Source: Methanomassiliicoccaceae archaeon (GTDB taxonomy: Archaea; Thermoplasmatota; Thermoplasmata; Methanomassiliicoccales; Methanomassiliicoccaceae). Taken from it: DNA of 64,000 nucleotides. The notes under the pieces are model-generated. The model was not told where the DNA came from, searched no databases, and saw nothing but the letters and a program-made list of their open reading frames with translations. Positions 10,027 through 19,496 of the stretch are shown in pieces. The stretch's first letter is position 1; every line of letters begins with the position of its first letter. A program made the translations under genes and the position numbers. Location: positions 192,001 through 256,000 of the forward strand of contig JAXGZN010000002.1 of assembly GCA_040776945.1 (NCBI GenBank), in the 5' to 3' direction.

Positions 10027-10413
10027 ATGGCCATGCGCTGCTCCCACTGCCAGAAATGCTGCAGGGATACCATGATGGAGCTCAGCGAGGCGGACATCGC
10101 TAGGCTGGAGCGGCGCGGATACAGAAGGTCAGAGTTCTCTTACATCGGCGTGGACAAGATCCCGCGGTTGAGGAACGTAGGGACCTGGTGCTACTTCTAC
10201 GATCCGGAGAGGAAGCGGTGCCGGGAATACCGCTCGCGCCCCTTGGGCTGCGCGCTGTACCCGGTGAACGTGGACGAGGACGGCAGGACAATCATAGACG
10301 CGATCTGCCCTGAAGCGCAGAGCCTTGACGGCAGGGAGCTGCAGCTCAAGGGCCGGAGGCTCAGGATGCTTCTTGCGACCATCGACGCGGAGGCGAAGCG
10401 CCGTCAACCGTAG
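10027..10413 (+). CDS. YkgJ/UPF0153 cysteine-cluster protein
   Basis: CxxCxxCC...C.FY...C..Y..RPLGC..YP pattern. Confidence 0.8.
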   Translation: MAMRCSHCQKCCRDTMMELSEADIARLERRGYRRSEFSYIGVDKIPRLRNVGTWCYFYDPERKRCREYRSRPLGCALYPVNVDEDGRTIIDAICPEAQSLDGRELQLKGRRLRMLLATIDAEAKRRQP

Positions 10414-11381
10414 CGCTCCAACGCCATGGTGGCCGCCCCGATGGCCCCGGCGATGTCTCCCAGCGCGGACGGCACGATGCTGAGGCCGGCTTTCGCCGGG
10501 ACCAGGCACTGCTCCACGGCACCCCGCATAACCATGCCCAGGAGATCAGGGAAGCCGAAGAGCACCGCTCCTCCCAAGACGACCCGCTCGGGATTCAGCG
10601 AGTTGATGACGCTGGCCACCGCCGATGAAAGCGCCGCGGCCATATCATCCCGTATGCGAAGGGAGAGGGGATCACCGGACGACGCGGCCTCCGAGATCAT
10701 GCGGCCGTTCAGCCTGTCCAGGTCCTCGCGGCACGCTGCCGCCAGCGCCGGGCTGGCGCCGGGGTCCTCGAGCAGAAGGGAGCGCGCCCGGGCCTCCACG
10801 TTCCTGCCTCCGGCATACGCTTCCACGCAGCCCCGGCGCCCGCAGGAGCACAGCGGGCCGTCCATGCATACCGATATGTGGCCGAAATGGCCGCCGCAGC
10901 CGGTGGCACCCTCCAGCAGCCTGCCGCCGACGATGGCGCCTCCGCCGATGCCGGTGCCCACGAACAGGCAGGCCAGGTCATCGACGTCCTTGCCGGCGCC
11001 CTGCCTCCACTCTCCGAACGTGGCCATGACCACGTCGTTGCGCAGGACCACCTTCGCCCGGACCCGCGCGGAGAGCAGGTCCCGGAAGGGGACGTCCGGC
11101 CAGAACAGGTTCGGCCCGCACCTTACCACTCCGAGGCAGCTGTCGCATTGGCCGGCGATCCCGACGCCGACAGGGCAGCCGGACCCGTGGTCCAGAGCTA
11201 TCACCATTCTAGAGACCTGCTCCAGCACCCCTTCCGGCCCGCCCGGCACGTCGGTGCGTTCCCGCAGCACCTCTACCACCGTGCCGTTCTCGACCCTGGC
11301 CGCACGGATGTTGGTATGGCCGATGTCGATGCCGATCGATCGCCGCTTCCCCATGAGCCCCACAACGACCGTAAGGTTCAT
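10404..11381 (-). CDS. ROK family sugar kinase
   Basis: GIDIGHT, GTGIGGG, GHFGH and CSCGRRGCVE. Confidence 0.88.
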   Translation of the reverse strand: MNLTVVVGLMGKRRSIGIDIGHTNIRAARVENGTVVEVLRERTDVPGGPEGVLEQVSRMVIALDHGSGCPVGVGIAGQCDSCLGVVRCGPNLFWPDVPFRDLLSARVRAKVVLRNDVVMATFGEWRQGAGKDVDDLACLFVGTGIGGGAIVGGRLLEGATGCGGHFGHISVCMDGPLCSCGRRGCVEAYAGGRNVEARARSLLLEDPGASPALAAACREDLDRLNGRMISEAASSGDPLSLRIRDDMAAALSSAVASVINSLNPERVVLGGAVLFGFPDLLGMVMRGAVEQCLVPAKAGLSIVPSALGDIAGAIGAATMALERYG

Positions 11382-11493
11382 GAGCCTATTGTCCCCCGGA
11401 CTCGGCCTTCAGGCGGCCCAAGGCTCATTATGGATGCCGGCAGATTTTAGGCCAAGTTATATAACCAGGCCAGTGAAGTAGCGAGAAAGAAGG

Positions 11494-12060
11494 ATGCAGC
11501 AGATGAGATGCAACAATTGTGGTAACGAGAACGCTGTGGGAGCGGCGTTCTGCATGGAATGCGGCTCTCCGTTAGGGGTTGAACCTTTGGCGTCCCATCC
11601 GGCCCCTCCGCCCGTTCAGCAGCCGGCCGCCCAGCCGCCCCCTCCGCCGGCGCCTGTCCCGCCGCTGCCAGTCCAGCTGATCCAGCCGCCTAGGGTACCT
11701 ACGGTAAGGAGCGTACACTTGGGCGATGTGCTCTTCCTCATAGCATCGGCGCTGCTTCTAGCGGCCGGGTTCGACAACTTCGCCTCGCTTTCCCAGTTCG
11801 TGCAGGGCCAGTTCGTACTTTTGGGCATGTTTGGCATAGTAGGCGGCCTTTTATTCGCTGGAATGGTCATAATGCCCTATCTGATGAGGCCTATCGCGAG
11901 ATACATGGATGCCATCGTGTTCGGCCTCTCGGCCATCTTCCTGTTCTGGGGAGTGGCGGCCATGTTCGGCAACAACATCGGTCTCGACGGCGGCCTGGTG
12001 TTCATAGGCGGCCTGTTCGGCCTCGCGGGAATGGGCCTTAAGATGGGCATCATCCGGTGA
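11494..12060 (+). CDS. Zinc-ribbon, Pro-rich linker, multi-TM membrane protein
   Basis: CNNC/CMEC, poly-Pro linker, about four hydrophobic helices. Confidence 0.75.
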   Translation: MQQMRCNNCGNENAVGAAFCMECGSPLGVEPLASHPAPPPVQQPAAQPPPPPAPVPPLPVQLIQPPRVPTVRSVHLGDVLFLIASALLLAAGFDNFASLSQFVQGQFVLLGMFGIVGGLLFAGMVIMPYLMRPIARYMDAIVFGLSAIFLFWGVAAMFGNNIGLDGGLVFIGGLFGLAGMGLKMGIIR

Positions 12061-12371
12061 AAAGCGCCAGCCCATCCCTCATCTTTTTTTACGCTCCATC
12101 ACCTTTTAGCTCCTCGCACAATAAGGCAAGGCCGTTCCGGACCCTCCTGCCACGGCCGCTGGCCGCGTAGGGCGGACTCTTGGTGGACGTTCTCATCCCA
12201 GCTGCTGGTTAAGGGATTGTCCTCTCTTCTGACCTTAAAGCGTAGTTGCTTGATCTGCCCCGCGGCTCATTGCCGTCGATCGGCGACCGCAATAGAAAAG
12301 TATGGCCAAGAGATACATCATCGTTCATCTGGTCAGCGACCTCCCCCCCCCGCTTGGACCAAGAGGGCATC

Positions 12372-13010
12372 ATGAGGATCGGCATCATCGCTTGCGAGAC
12401 CTTCGAAAGGGCCCTCGAGGCCCTTCTCGAGGATGAAAAGGACATCGTCCACAAGGAGTACTTGGAGTTCGGCCTCCACATCCATCCAGAGGAGCTGAAG
12501 AGAGTGGTCCTTGAAAGGATCGGCCTGCTCGAGGGAAAGGTCGACGCGGTGCTCCTCGGCTACGGCATATGCAGTTCGCTGAAGGACATCGCCGGCCAGG
12601 TGCGTGTACCGACCGTCCAATTGAACGGTGACGACTGCATAGGGGTGCTCCTCACCTCCGAGGAGTACGACAGGGAGCGTAAGATATGTGCCGGCACGAT
12701 GTACCACACCCCGTACTTCTCCAAGATGGGTCGGGAATGGTTCGAGCGCCGGCTTAGGGAGCAGATGCCCGATCACGAGGAGGCGGGCATCGACGTGGAC
12801 TGGTACCTGAGGACAATGTTCAACGGCTACCAGCGCGTGCTGTTCATCGACGATGGCCTTGGCAACATGGAGGAGTTCGAGGCCCTATCTCAGCAGTTCG
12901 CACGGGAGCTGGACCTGAGGTACGAGCGTCGATGCGGAACGCTAGAGACGCTCAAGGACGGCATCGCTCGGACCAAGGAGCTGGCGCGTGCCATCGAAGT
13001 CACGCGTTAG
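12372..13010 (+). CDS. DUF1638 domain protein
   Basis: IIAC, GLHIHPEELK, LGYGIC and DDCI motifs; ATG at 12372. Confidence 0.75.
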   Translation: MRIGIIACETFERALEALLEDEKDIVHKEYLEFGLHIHPEELKRVVLERIGLLEGKVDAVLLGYGICSSLKDIAGQVRVPTVQLNGDDCIGVLLTSEEYDRERKICAGTMYHTPYFSKMGREWFERRLREQMPDHEEAGIDVDWYLRTMFNGYQRVLFIDDGLGNMEEFEALSQQFARELDLRYERRCGTLETLKDGIARTKELARAIEVTR

Positions 13011-13019
13011 ACGCGAGAA

Positions 13020-13877
13020 TCACACGTGGGCCCGCATCAGCGAGCGGTCTACGACCTCCGGCCCCTCGTTCACGAACTTCTCCAGCTCATCGTTCAGGCG
13101 GTCCCTTTCCTCGTAGCAGAACCCGTGGCCGCCGTTCTCGAACCTCACGATCGAAGAACCTCTTATGAGCTCTCTCTGCCGCTCGGCAAGGGCGAACGGG
13201 ACGATCCTATCGTTCACCGCGTGGAAGATCCTGGTGTGGATATCGATGTTCCCGATCTCATCGCGCAGATCGCGGTCCCTGAGCTCCTCGAACCCGCGGA
13301 CGGTGGACCTGTTCGGTGCCATCAGTCCCATCTGGTCGTACCATCGCAGGAGCTCGTCGCTCACCTTGGTGCTGAAGAACTTCCGATTGAACTCGCTCTT
13401 GGCCCTGGCGAAGTCTCCGCGCTCGGCATCGATGATGTCCGTGATGGTCTCGGCTGGGACACCGTCGGGGAAGTCGTCCTCGGCCTGCAGCTTGGGGACC
13501 GGCGCTGCCAACAATGCCAATCTGACGACGCGGGGGTCCCGGGAGGTCGCCGCATAATGGGCGGCGATGGCCCCGCCCATGGAGAACCCTGCCAGGGTAA
13601 CGTCGTTCAGCCCTAGCACGGAGATGACACGGCCGACATCGCTGGCCCAGGTATCGTAATCGAGACCGTCCCAGGTCTTGGTGGAGTGGCCGAACCCTCT
13701 GAGGTCCAGGGCCACGACGCGTATGCCTCTCGCAGGGAGTTCCATGGACTGCGCGTCGAACATCCTAAGGCAGTGCGGCCAGCCATGGACAAGGACCAGC
13801 GGCCGGCCCTCCCCCCAGTCCTGAACGTGGAGCTCCACGCCAGGTTCCACCTCTATGTAACCGGTAACGTTCGCCAT
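13020..13877 (-). CDS. Alpha/beta hydrolase (non-haem haloperoxidase-like)
   Basis: HGWP, DLRGFGHS, GFSMGG nucleophile elbow, GHG. Confidence 0.88.
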   Translation of the reverse strand: MANVTGYIEVEPGVELHVQDWGEGRPLVLVHGWPHCLRMFDAQSMELPARGIRVVALDLRGFGHSTKTWDGLDYDTWASDVGRVISVLGLNDVTLAGFSMGGAIAAHYAATSRDPRVVRLALLAAPVPKLQAEDDFPDGVPAETITDIIDAERGDFARAKSEFNRKFFSTKVSDELLRWYDQMGLMAPNRSTVRGFEELRDRDLRDEIGNIDIHTRIFHAVNDRIVPFALAERQRELIRGSSIVRFENGGHGFCYEERDRLNDELEKFVNEGPEVVDRSLMRAHV

Positions 13878-13927
13878 AGTTATCGCTTACTTGTGCCGGT
13901 CTTTGATTAATAAGCATTATCCGTTCC

Positions 13928-14515
13928 CTAATCAGAATATGGGAGGTTTTGCGACCTTACGTCGTCAGCATAGGGGGCGGCGGTCCAAGGGTCTGTCGAG
14001 CCATTCCTAACCAGGGGCGGGGAGGCCGGGAGATCCATCACCATGTACCATCCTCTTTCTCCTGCCCCATAGCCGATCTCGCACACCGGCCGGAAACTCA
14101 GCCGCTCCCAGAAGGGCCTGGCGTCCAGCACCGCCACCAGGGCACACCTCGATAATCGATGTGCGGCGGCCATGGCCACAGCCTCTCGGACCAACAGGGA
14201 GGCGATGCCCACCCCGCGGCGTTCAGGACGCACCGCCAGGTCGTGGATGAACAGATCGGCCTTGGCGGTCGGAATGACGATCCGCTTCGAACCGAACGGC
14301 GCGACCGTTCCAGTGGGCCATGGGTGGCAGAACAGGTAGCCGGCGAGGACGTCTCCATCGAACGCTCCCCGGGCGCCTTCGGGCCAGATCTCGAGCTTGC
14401 GCGCGAAGGAGGCCGCGGGCTCGATCAGCCCATCAGGATAGGCGCTCCGTTGGACCTCCATCACCCCGGGGAGATCGCACAAGCTCAGCGTTCGGATCAG
14501 CACTTCTTCCGCCAA
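13928..14515 (-). CDS. GNAT family acetyltransferase (start uncertain)
   Basis: IHDLAVRPERRGVGIA acetyl-CoA-binding motif A. Confidence 0.75.
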   Translation of the reverse strand: MAEEVLIRTLSLCDLPGVMEVQRSAYPDGLIEPAASFARKLEIWPEGARGAFDGDVLAGYLFCHPWPTGTVAPFGSKRIVIPTAKADLFIHDLAVRPERRGVGIASLLVREAVAMAAAHRLSRCALVAVLDARPFWERLSFRPVCEIGYGAGERGWYMVMDLPASPPLVRNGSTDPWTAAPYADDVRSQNLPYSD

Positions 14516-15513
14516 CCCGTGGGAGGTGATAAGCCTGGCGCCCGCTCCTTGGGCACGATGTCCCGCGGCCCGAGCCATTGGGGATGCCTCGAAGTGCCAT
14601 CGTACGCGTCCGTGGTCTTGTAGGCCTCCAGCCTTCCGTCCCTGGCGGCCCCAGCGGCTCGAAGCCGCAGTGACCGCATCTCCTCGCCGGTAAGCTGCCG
14701 AAAGCTCCGCCCGGCGGCGGCCGCTTGCTCAACCAAGGCCATCGACCCGCAGCCGGTGATGACCACGCTGGTGGGCAGGCTCATCGCGTAATGCAAGCAC
14801 TCGATGGGGCCCAGGACCCCGGTCTCCGGAAGCCTTCCCGCGGCCATTGGCTTCATGCCCAGCACCGCGATCCCCTGCTCCACCAGCCTTGGGAGCACTC
14901 TCTGCTCGAAACTGTCGTAACTGGCGTCGAGCACGTTCAGCGGCATCTGGACGGCGTCGAAGCGGAACCCCAGGGACTCGGCCATGTCCAGCATCAGGTT
15001 GTGAATGTCCGGGCTCTTGTGGCCGGTGAAGCCTACGAACCGCACCCTTCCGGCGTCCCTCGCCTCCAGGGCTGCCTCCAGCGCCCCGCCGGCTTCCAGC
15101 ACGCGCTCCGGGTCTTCATGACGAACGATCTCGTGGAACTGCAGAAGGTCGATACGATCGGTACGCAGTCGCTCCATCGATCGCTCCAGCTGCATAGCCG
15201 CCGTCCACCGGTCCCGGCCGTCGATCTTGGTCATGAGGAACACGCGTTCGCGATATCCGTCCTGGAGCGCTCTTCCCATAAGCTCCTCGCTTCTCCCCCC
15301 ATGGTAGTCCCAACAGTTGTCCATAAAATCGATACCAGCGTCGATCGCGGCGCGTATCAGTCGAACGCTCTCCGAGTCCGACAGCTCGGGAACGCCTATA
15401 TGATAGCCGCCCAGGCCTATGGCCGAGACAATGGCCCCCGTCCGTCCGAGGGGGCGTCGTGGCACCGAGGCATTGGACGGTTCGCCCTTGTCAAAACACT
15501 TGACGCTTTCCAT
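14497..15513 (-). CDS. Aldo/keto reductase
   Basis: SAIGLGG, FMDNCWDY, TKID, DLLQFH and GKV-like RFVGFTGH. Confidence 0.85.
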   Translation of the reverse strand: MESVKCFDKGEPSNASVPRRPLGRTGAIVSAIGLGGYHIGVPELSDSESVRLIRAAIDAGIDFMDNCWDYHGGRSEELMGRALQDGYRERVFLMTKIDGRDRWTAAMQLERSMERLRTDRIDLLQFHEIVRHEDPERVLEAGGALEAALEARDAGRVRFVGFTGHKSPDIHNLMLDMAESLGFRFDAVQMPLNVLDASYDSFEQRVLPRLVEQGIAVLGMKPMAAGRLPETGVLGPIECLHYAMSLPTSVVITGCGSMALVEQAAAAGRSFRQLTGEEMRSLRLRAAGAARDGRLEAYKTTDAYDGTSRHPQWLGPRDIVPKERAPGLSPPTGWRKKC

Positions 15514-15620
15514 GCTTATGAGCTATCCCTAGACCGCGGTGAAGTACATTTTCCCCAGGGCGCATCTCATGGCCCCAGCGAGGGCGATGCACGAACCGCA
15601 GGCACCTAGGCTAGGCTGGA

Positions 15621-16322
15621 TCAAAGCCGGACCTCGAAGATCTCCCCAGCTGCACCGATGCGGACCCTGCGCGGCATCGCCGCCAGCGCCTCAGCCTTGC
15701 ATCGCGTGCAATGGCAGAGGACCGCGCTCATCTCCGGATTCTCGCCGAGTGAGCGTTCCAGCTCCGCGAGGCCGCAGTCGTGCAGTCCTCCGATCAGATG
15801 CCTCACATGACCGTGCATAGAGCCGCCCGCGAGGACCGCATCCAGTCCCGGGTGGCCGCAGCCGGTCAGGACCGCCGCTCCGCTCTCCCCCCGCAGCACC
15901 AGCGCCTGCTCCGCGATCTCGCCGCCAAGAGGGCCGGTGGCCCATATGCCTGGCTGGACCTCACGTGCCGAACTGACCTCGATGACCGATGACCAGCGGC
16001 CCAGTTCATTCTGCAGGTTCCGGGAGAATCCGGCGGGCACGATGACCTCCAGGGACCTCTTGATCTCAGGGTCCCGGACGATGGCCGGCAGCCCTCCGAT
16101 GTGGTCCCAGTGAGAGTGGGAGATCACCACCCGGTCGATCTCGGATACGGCGGACCCCAGGCGGGAGAGGTTGTCCTTGAGCAAGCGGCCGTCCCATCCG
16201 CAGTCGAAGAGCACGATGCCCTCCTCCGAGCGAACGAGGGCCGAAAAGCCCCATCCCTCTTCGAACCCCGGGAGAGCTGGGGAATCATATGCAATGGATA
16301 TCAGCCACTTTTTTCCGGTCAT
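15621..16322 (-). CDS. MBL-fold metallohydrolase
   Basis: WGFSALV, SHSHWDHIGG, TGCGHPG, GGLH and HCT. Confidence 0.82.
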   Translation of the reverse strand: MTGKKWLISIAYDSPALPGFEEGWGFSALVRSEEGIVLFDCGWDGRLLKDNLSRLGSAVSEIDRVVISHSHWDHIGGLPAIVRDPEIKRSLEVIVPAGFSRNLQNELGRWSSVIEVSSAREVQPGIWATGPLGGEIAEQALVLRGESGAAVLTGCGHPGLDAVLAGGSMHGHVRHLIGGLHDCGLAELERSLGENPEMSAVLCHCTRCKAEALAAMPRRVRIGAAGEIFEVRL

Positions 16323-16405
16323 CGATCATCAACGTCCGTGAAGCTCATCGCGCAGCCTGGATATAGATTGTGCCGGCCTCCGCGATCAGGCGCATAAACG
16401 CCCTT

Positions 16406-17146
16406 CTACCTAACCCGGACATCCTTGCGGATGTGCTCCAGGATGTAGGCCTTCACTCGAGGAAGGTCCTCGGCCTCGGCGTACACCTGGTTCTGGGCCA
16501 GGGCCTCACCGAGATAGATGACGTTCCTCCTCTCCCGGATCTTGACGGAGGTGACGTCCTTGAACGCGGTGTACATGCTCTGCCTGGACGCGGCCAGCAT
16601 GCCTGCCCCAACCGCGGTCAAGCTGCCCCCGGCAAGGCCTGCCAGGGCGGTCAGGAGGCCCAGGGCCGCGGCGCGGTCGTATTGCTTCTTCAGCTGGATG
16701 TGATGTACGCCCCGGCGGTCCATCTTGAACAGGACATGGTACCGGCCGCCGTACAGCAGGCCGATGATGACGTACGCCGCCAGCGTCAGGGCGGTCAGGA
16801 CCGCAGCACCAATGCCGAACATCGTCAGGGCGAACATCGCCGCATCCTCGACGCCGTCGGCCAGGGCCAGGACGAAGGCCAGCAGGGTGACGATGCCCAG
16901 GGAGAGGAACATGACCTTGAGCACGGTGATGAGGATGGTGGGATTGCGCCAGAAAGAGAGCTCGTAGGCCCAGGACAATGAGCCATCAGGGCTCTCGATG
17001 ATGTTGGGGGCCTTCAGATGTGGGGCGAAGCTCCCGCCGCCTCCGGCGGTCGAAACATCGCCGGGCCTCACGCTCTTTCCATCAGGAAGATCGTCGCGGA
17101 AGGCCGCGACATCACCTATTGAGGGACCCCATCGCTCACAGAACAT
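16406..17146 (-). CDS. Membrane protein with a degenerate N-terminal zinc ribbon
   Basis: Three hydrophobic segments; N terminus MFCERWG...AAFR. Confidence 0.65.
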   Translation of the reverse strand: MFCERWGPSIGDVAAFRDDLPDGKSVRPGDVSTAGGGGSFAPHLKAPNIIESPDGSLSWAYELSFWRNPTILITVLKVMFLSLGIVTLLAFVLALADGVEDAAMFALTMFGIGAAVLTALTLAAYVIIGLLYGGRYHVLFKMDRRGVHHIQLKKQYDRAAALGLLTALAGLAGGSLTAVGAGMLAASRQSMYTAFKDVTSVKIRERRNVIYLGEALAQNQVYAEAEDLPRVKAYILEHIRKDVRVR

Positions 17147-17278
17147 GTAATCCGGTCACCATCTCATCTAGAATCCTTAATCTTTTATCGAAATTTAAAG
17201 AAATGTTAATGCGGGATGGTCGTTAGAAAGGTAAAATAAATTGAATCATTATGTATCTCAATGGATGAAATTGAGAGC

Positions 17279-17355
17279 TGGTGGGGCAGCCCAGATTTGA
17301 ACTGGAGTCTAATGGTCCCGAACCATCAAGGATGGCCAAGCTACCCCACTGCCCC
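17279..17355 (-). tRNA. tRNA-Pro(CGG), intronless, encoded CCA
   Basis: Reverse complement GGGGCAG...GATGG-TTCGGGA-CCATT...TTCAAAT...CTGCCCC-A-CCA forms a cloverleaf. Confidence 0.95.
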
Positions 17356-17483
17356 ATGGGTAGGATGGGCTAATATGGACGGGCATTAAATATCTTTTGC
17401 TGGCCTTGTTCAACTGAGCTCACCCACGTTGGTCCCCTCTCTTGACCGTTGTATGATATCGCCCGCGATCGAATCTCGCAGCA

Positions 17484-17620
17484 TCACATAGCGCCCGAGC
17501 AAACTAGCATGTGACCTCGCATCGCTCTCTTGAGCACTGAATGCGCCGTTTCGACTAGCGGCCGGCGGCGATAGCGGGCGAGGTCGAATCCCCCCTCTGC
17601 TTCACCCGTCAGATCCCCCT
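17484..17620 (-). pseudogene. DDE transposase C-terminal remnant (IS5/IS4-type)
   Basis: FDLARYRRRPLVETAHSVLKR fits Y-x2-R-x3-E-x6-K; the rest of the gene is absent. Confidence 0.6.
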
Positions 17621-17799
17621 CGGTCCGCTGCCATGCTTGTTCTGTTCCCTGGGCCGCATTTGCGCTTGAGCGTCCGGATCCCGCCGCTGAATTCCCGGCC
17701 GGGGTCTTCCATATGTGCACTGAAGTTAAGCTTTGGAGCTGATAGATTAATCAACGAGGAGCAATCCATAATATATCCCTGTTCTATCCCCCCGGGTCC

Positions 17800-18339
17800 A
17801 TGAAGCGTTGGCATGTCATATCGGTCGTGGTGCTGTTGCTGGCGGTTTCCATCACCGGCTGGTTCATCCAAGGCATGCTCAACGGCCGCTCGCACTCCGG
17901 CAACCTGGGCGTGTCGGCCGGCCGAGGGATCGATATGTATTCCTTTCCTCTGAGCCCGGACCTCGGCGGCTACGTCCATTTTGAGGTGGCCTCCGTCGAT
18001 AGCAGGACCATGGACGTCTACCTCACCGATCAAGCGGGGTTCGAGGCGGCTAGGAGCGGCCTGCCGTTCGAGCGCGACCCCGATTTCTCGGAGCTGAACA
18101 CGACCCGGGTCGTTGGGGACATAAGGATAATGGAATCAAGCCGACTGGTGGTGATGAGCCACGATCCGGATGGCCAGATCAGGGTGGCCTCGTCGATCGA
18201 CCAGGCCCGCTATCCATTGGAGCTCGGGCCGGCGCTCTACGCCTCCAGCATCATCTGTTGGATTGCCATCCTCGCGCTCTTCGCTCTGCTGCTGCAGGCA
18301 TGGCTCAGCCACCGCAAGAAGCGCGCCAGACATCACTAG
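17800..18339 (+). CDS. Hypothetical membrane protein with N- and C-terminal TM helices
   Basis: Signal-like N terminus, beta-rich core, C-terminal TM and basic tail. Confidence 0.65.
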   Translation: MKRWHVISVVVLLLAVSITGWFIQGMLNGRSHSGNLGVSAGRGIDMYSFPLSPDLGGYVHFEVASVDSRTMDVYLTDQAGFEAARSGLPFERDPDFSELNTTRVVGDIRIMESSRLVVMSHDPDGQIRVASSIDQARYPLELGPALYASSIICWIAILALFALLLQAWLSHRKKRARHH

Positions 18340-18614
18340 GTCCGGGGGCCCGCGATAACGTCGTTGATCCACCGCACCAGGACGCGATAGGCTTCCGAGC
18401 CCGTGCCGGTCAGCGGCACGCCCCCTCGGCCGGCCCCATCGTCCCTCATCTCCGCCAGGCCCTTCCCCTGCATCCAATCCAGGTACCTGGTGAACACGTC
18501 GTGGTTCACGCGGGATGCGAGCTGGAGCCGGGTGCGCAGCATCGGACGCTCCTCCTTCCACAGGCGCTCGAGGATGCGCGCGACCACGTACAGGTCCGAG
18601 CGGTCAATGGTCAT
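18336..18614 (-). CDS. Small winged-helix DNA-binding protein
   Basis: RTRLQLASRVNHDVFTRYLDWM...LTGTG, archaeal wHTH pattern. Confidence 0.7.
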   Translation of the reverse strand: MTIDRSDLYVVARILERLWKEERPMLRTRLQLASRVNHDVFTRYLDWMQGKGLAEMRDDGAGRGGVPLTGTGSEAYRVLVRWINDVIAGPRT

Positions 18615-18802
18615 CTCAGCTCCTCAAGCGCCTTCTCCGCCGCCAGCCTCTACCTCTCGGCGCGTTCTTGCCATCGAGCCAGGACCACGTCCCTCTCCCG
18701 GCGGTCAGCGGCGGTGCATCTCTCCCAGGACACCGTCCTTTCAGATATTGTCGAACCTGCTCTACGACAAATATAAATACACATCCAGATGGTCCCGTTG
18801 CG

Positions 18803-19486
18803 ATGAGGGAGCAGCTGCGCGAGAAGATCGCCGGAGAGATCACTCTATCGATCGACGCCGGCAAGACGATACGCAAGTGGCGCGAGGAGTTCGGCATCTC
18901 CCAGCAAGAACTGGCCAAGCATCTTGAGATATCGCCTTCGGTCATAAGCGACTACGAGTCCGGCCGAAGGCGTTCTCCGGGGATAGCCATCATCCGCCGC
19001 ATGGTCGACGGGTTGATCGATCTTGATGAGGCCTCCGGCTCCAACGTGCTGAAGCGCTACGACCTGGGCGAGAAACATGACTGCATAATCAGCATCAACG
19101 AGTTCCGCACCAGCATATCGGCCCAGGAGCTGATGGACATGATCGACGCCCAGCCGCTGAACCAAGGCGTCGATCTCGGCAGGCATATACATGGCTACAC
19201 GGTCATCGATTCCATAAAGGCCATAACGTCTCTTTCCTCGTTCGATTACCTCAAGATCTACGGCTGGTCATCGGAGCGCATACTCATCTTCACCGGCGTG
19301 AAGTTCGGGCGCTCCCCCATGATCGCCATCCGCGCCCACCCTCTCAAGCCGAGCGTGGTAGGCTACCACCGCCCGGAGCACGTTGATCAGCTGGCCATCA
19401 AGCTGGCCTCGCTGGAGAACATTCCGCTCATTAAGATCGACATGCCGGTCGCGGCCATGGTCGAACGGTTGAAGAAGCTCACCTAG
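18803..19486 (+). CDS. XRE-type HTH regulator heading the mevalonate-entry operon
   Basis: IAGEITLS...ISQQELA...[11 protein letters not shown] and GRSPMIAIR. Confidence 0.85.
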   Translation: MREQLREKIAGEITLSIDAGKTIRKWREEFGISQQELAKHLEISPSVISDYESGRRRSPGIAIIRRMVDGLIDLDEASGSNVLKRYDLGEKHDCIISINEFRTSISAQELMDMIDAQPLNQGVDLGRHIHGYTVIDSIKAITSLSSFDYLKIYGWSSERILIFTGVKFGRSPMIAIRAHPLKPSVVGYHRPEHVDQLAIKLASLENIPLIKIDMPVAAMVERLKKLT

Positions 19487-19496
19487 GAGGAAGTTA

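Noticed and set aside
17279-17300. tRNA 3' end as an attachment site of an integrated element
   Set aside because: No integrase seen and only a 10-bp chance match (near 53166, inside a CDS)
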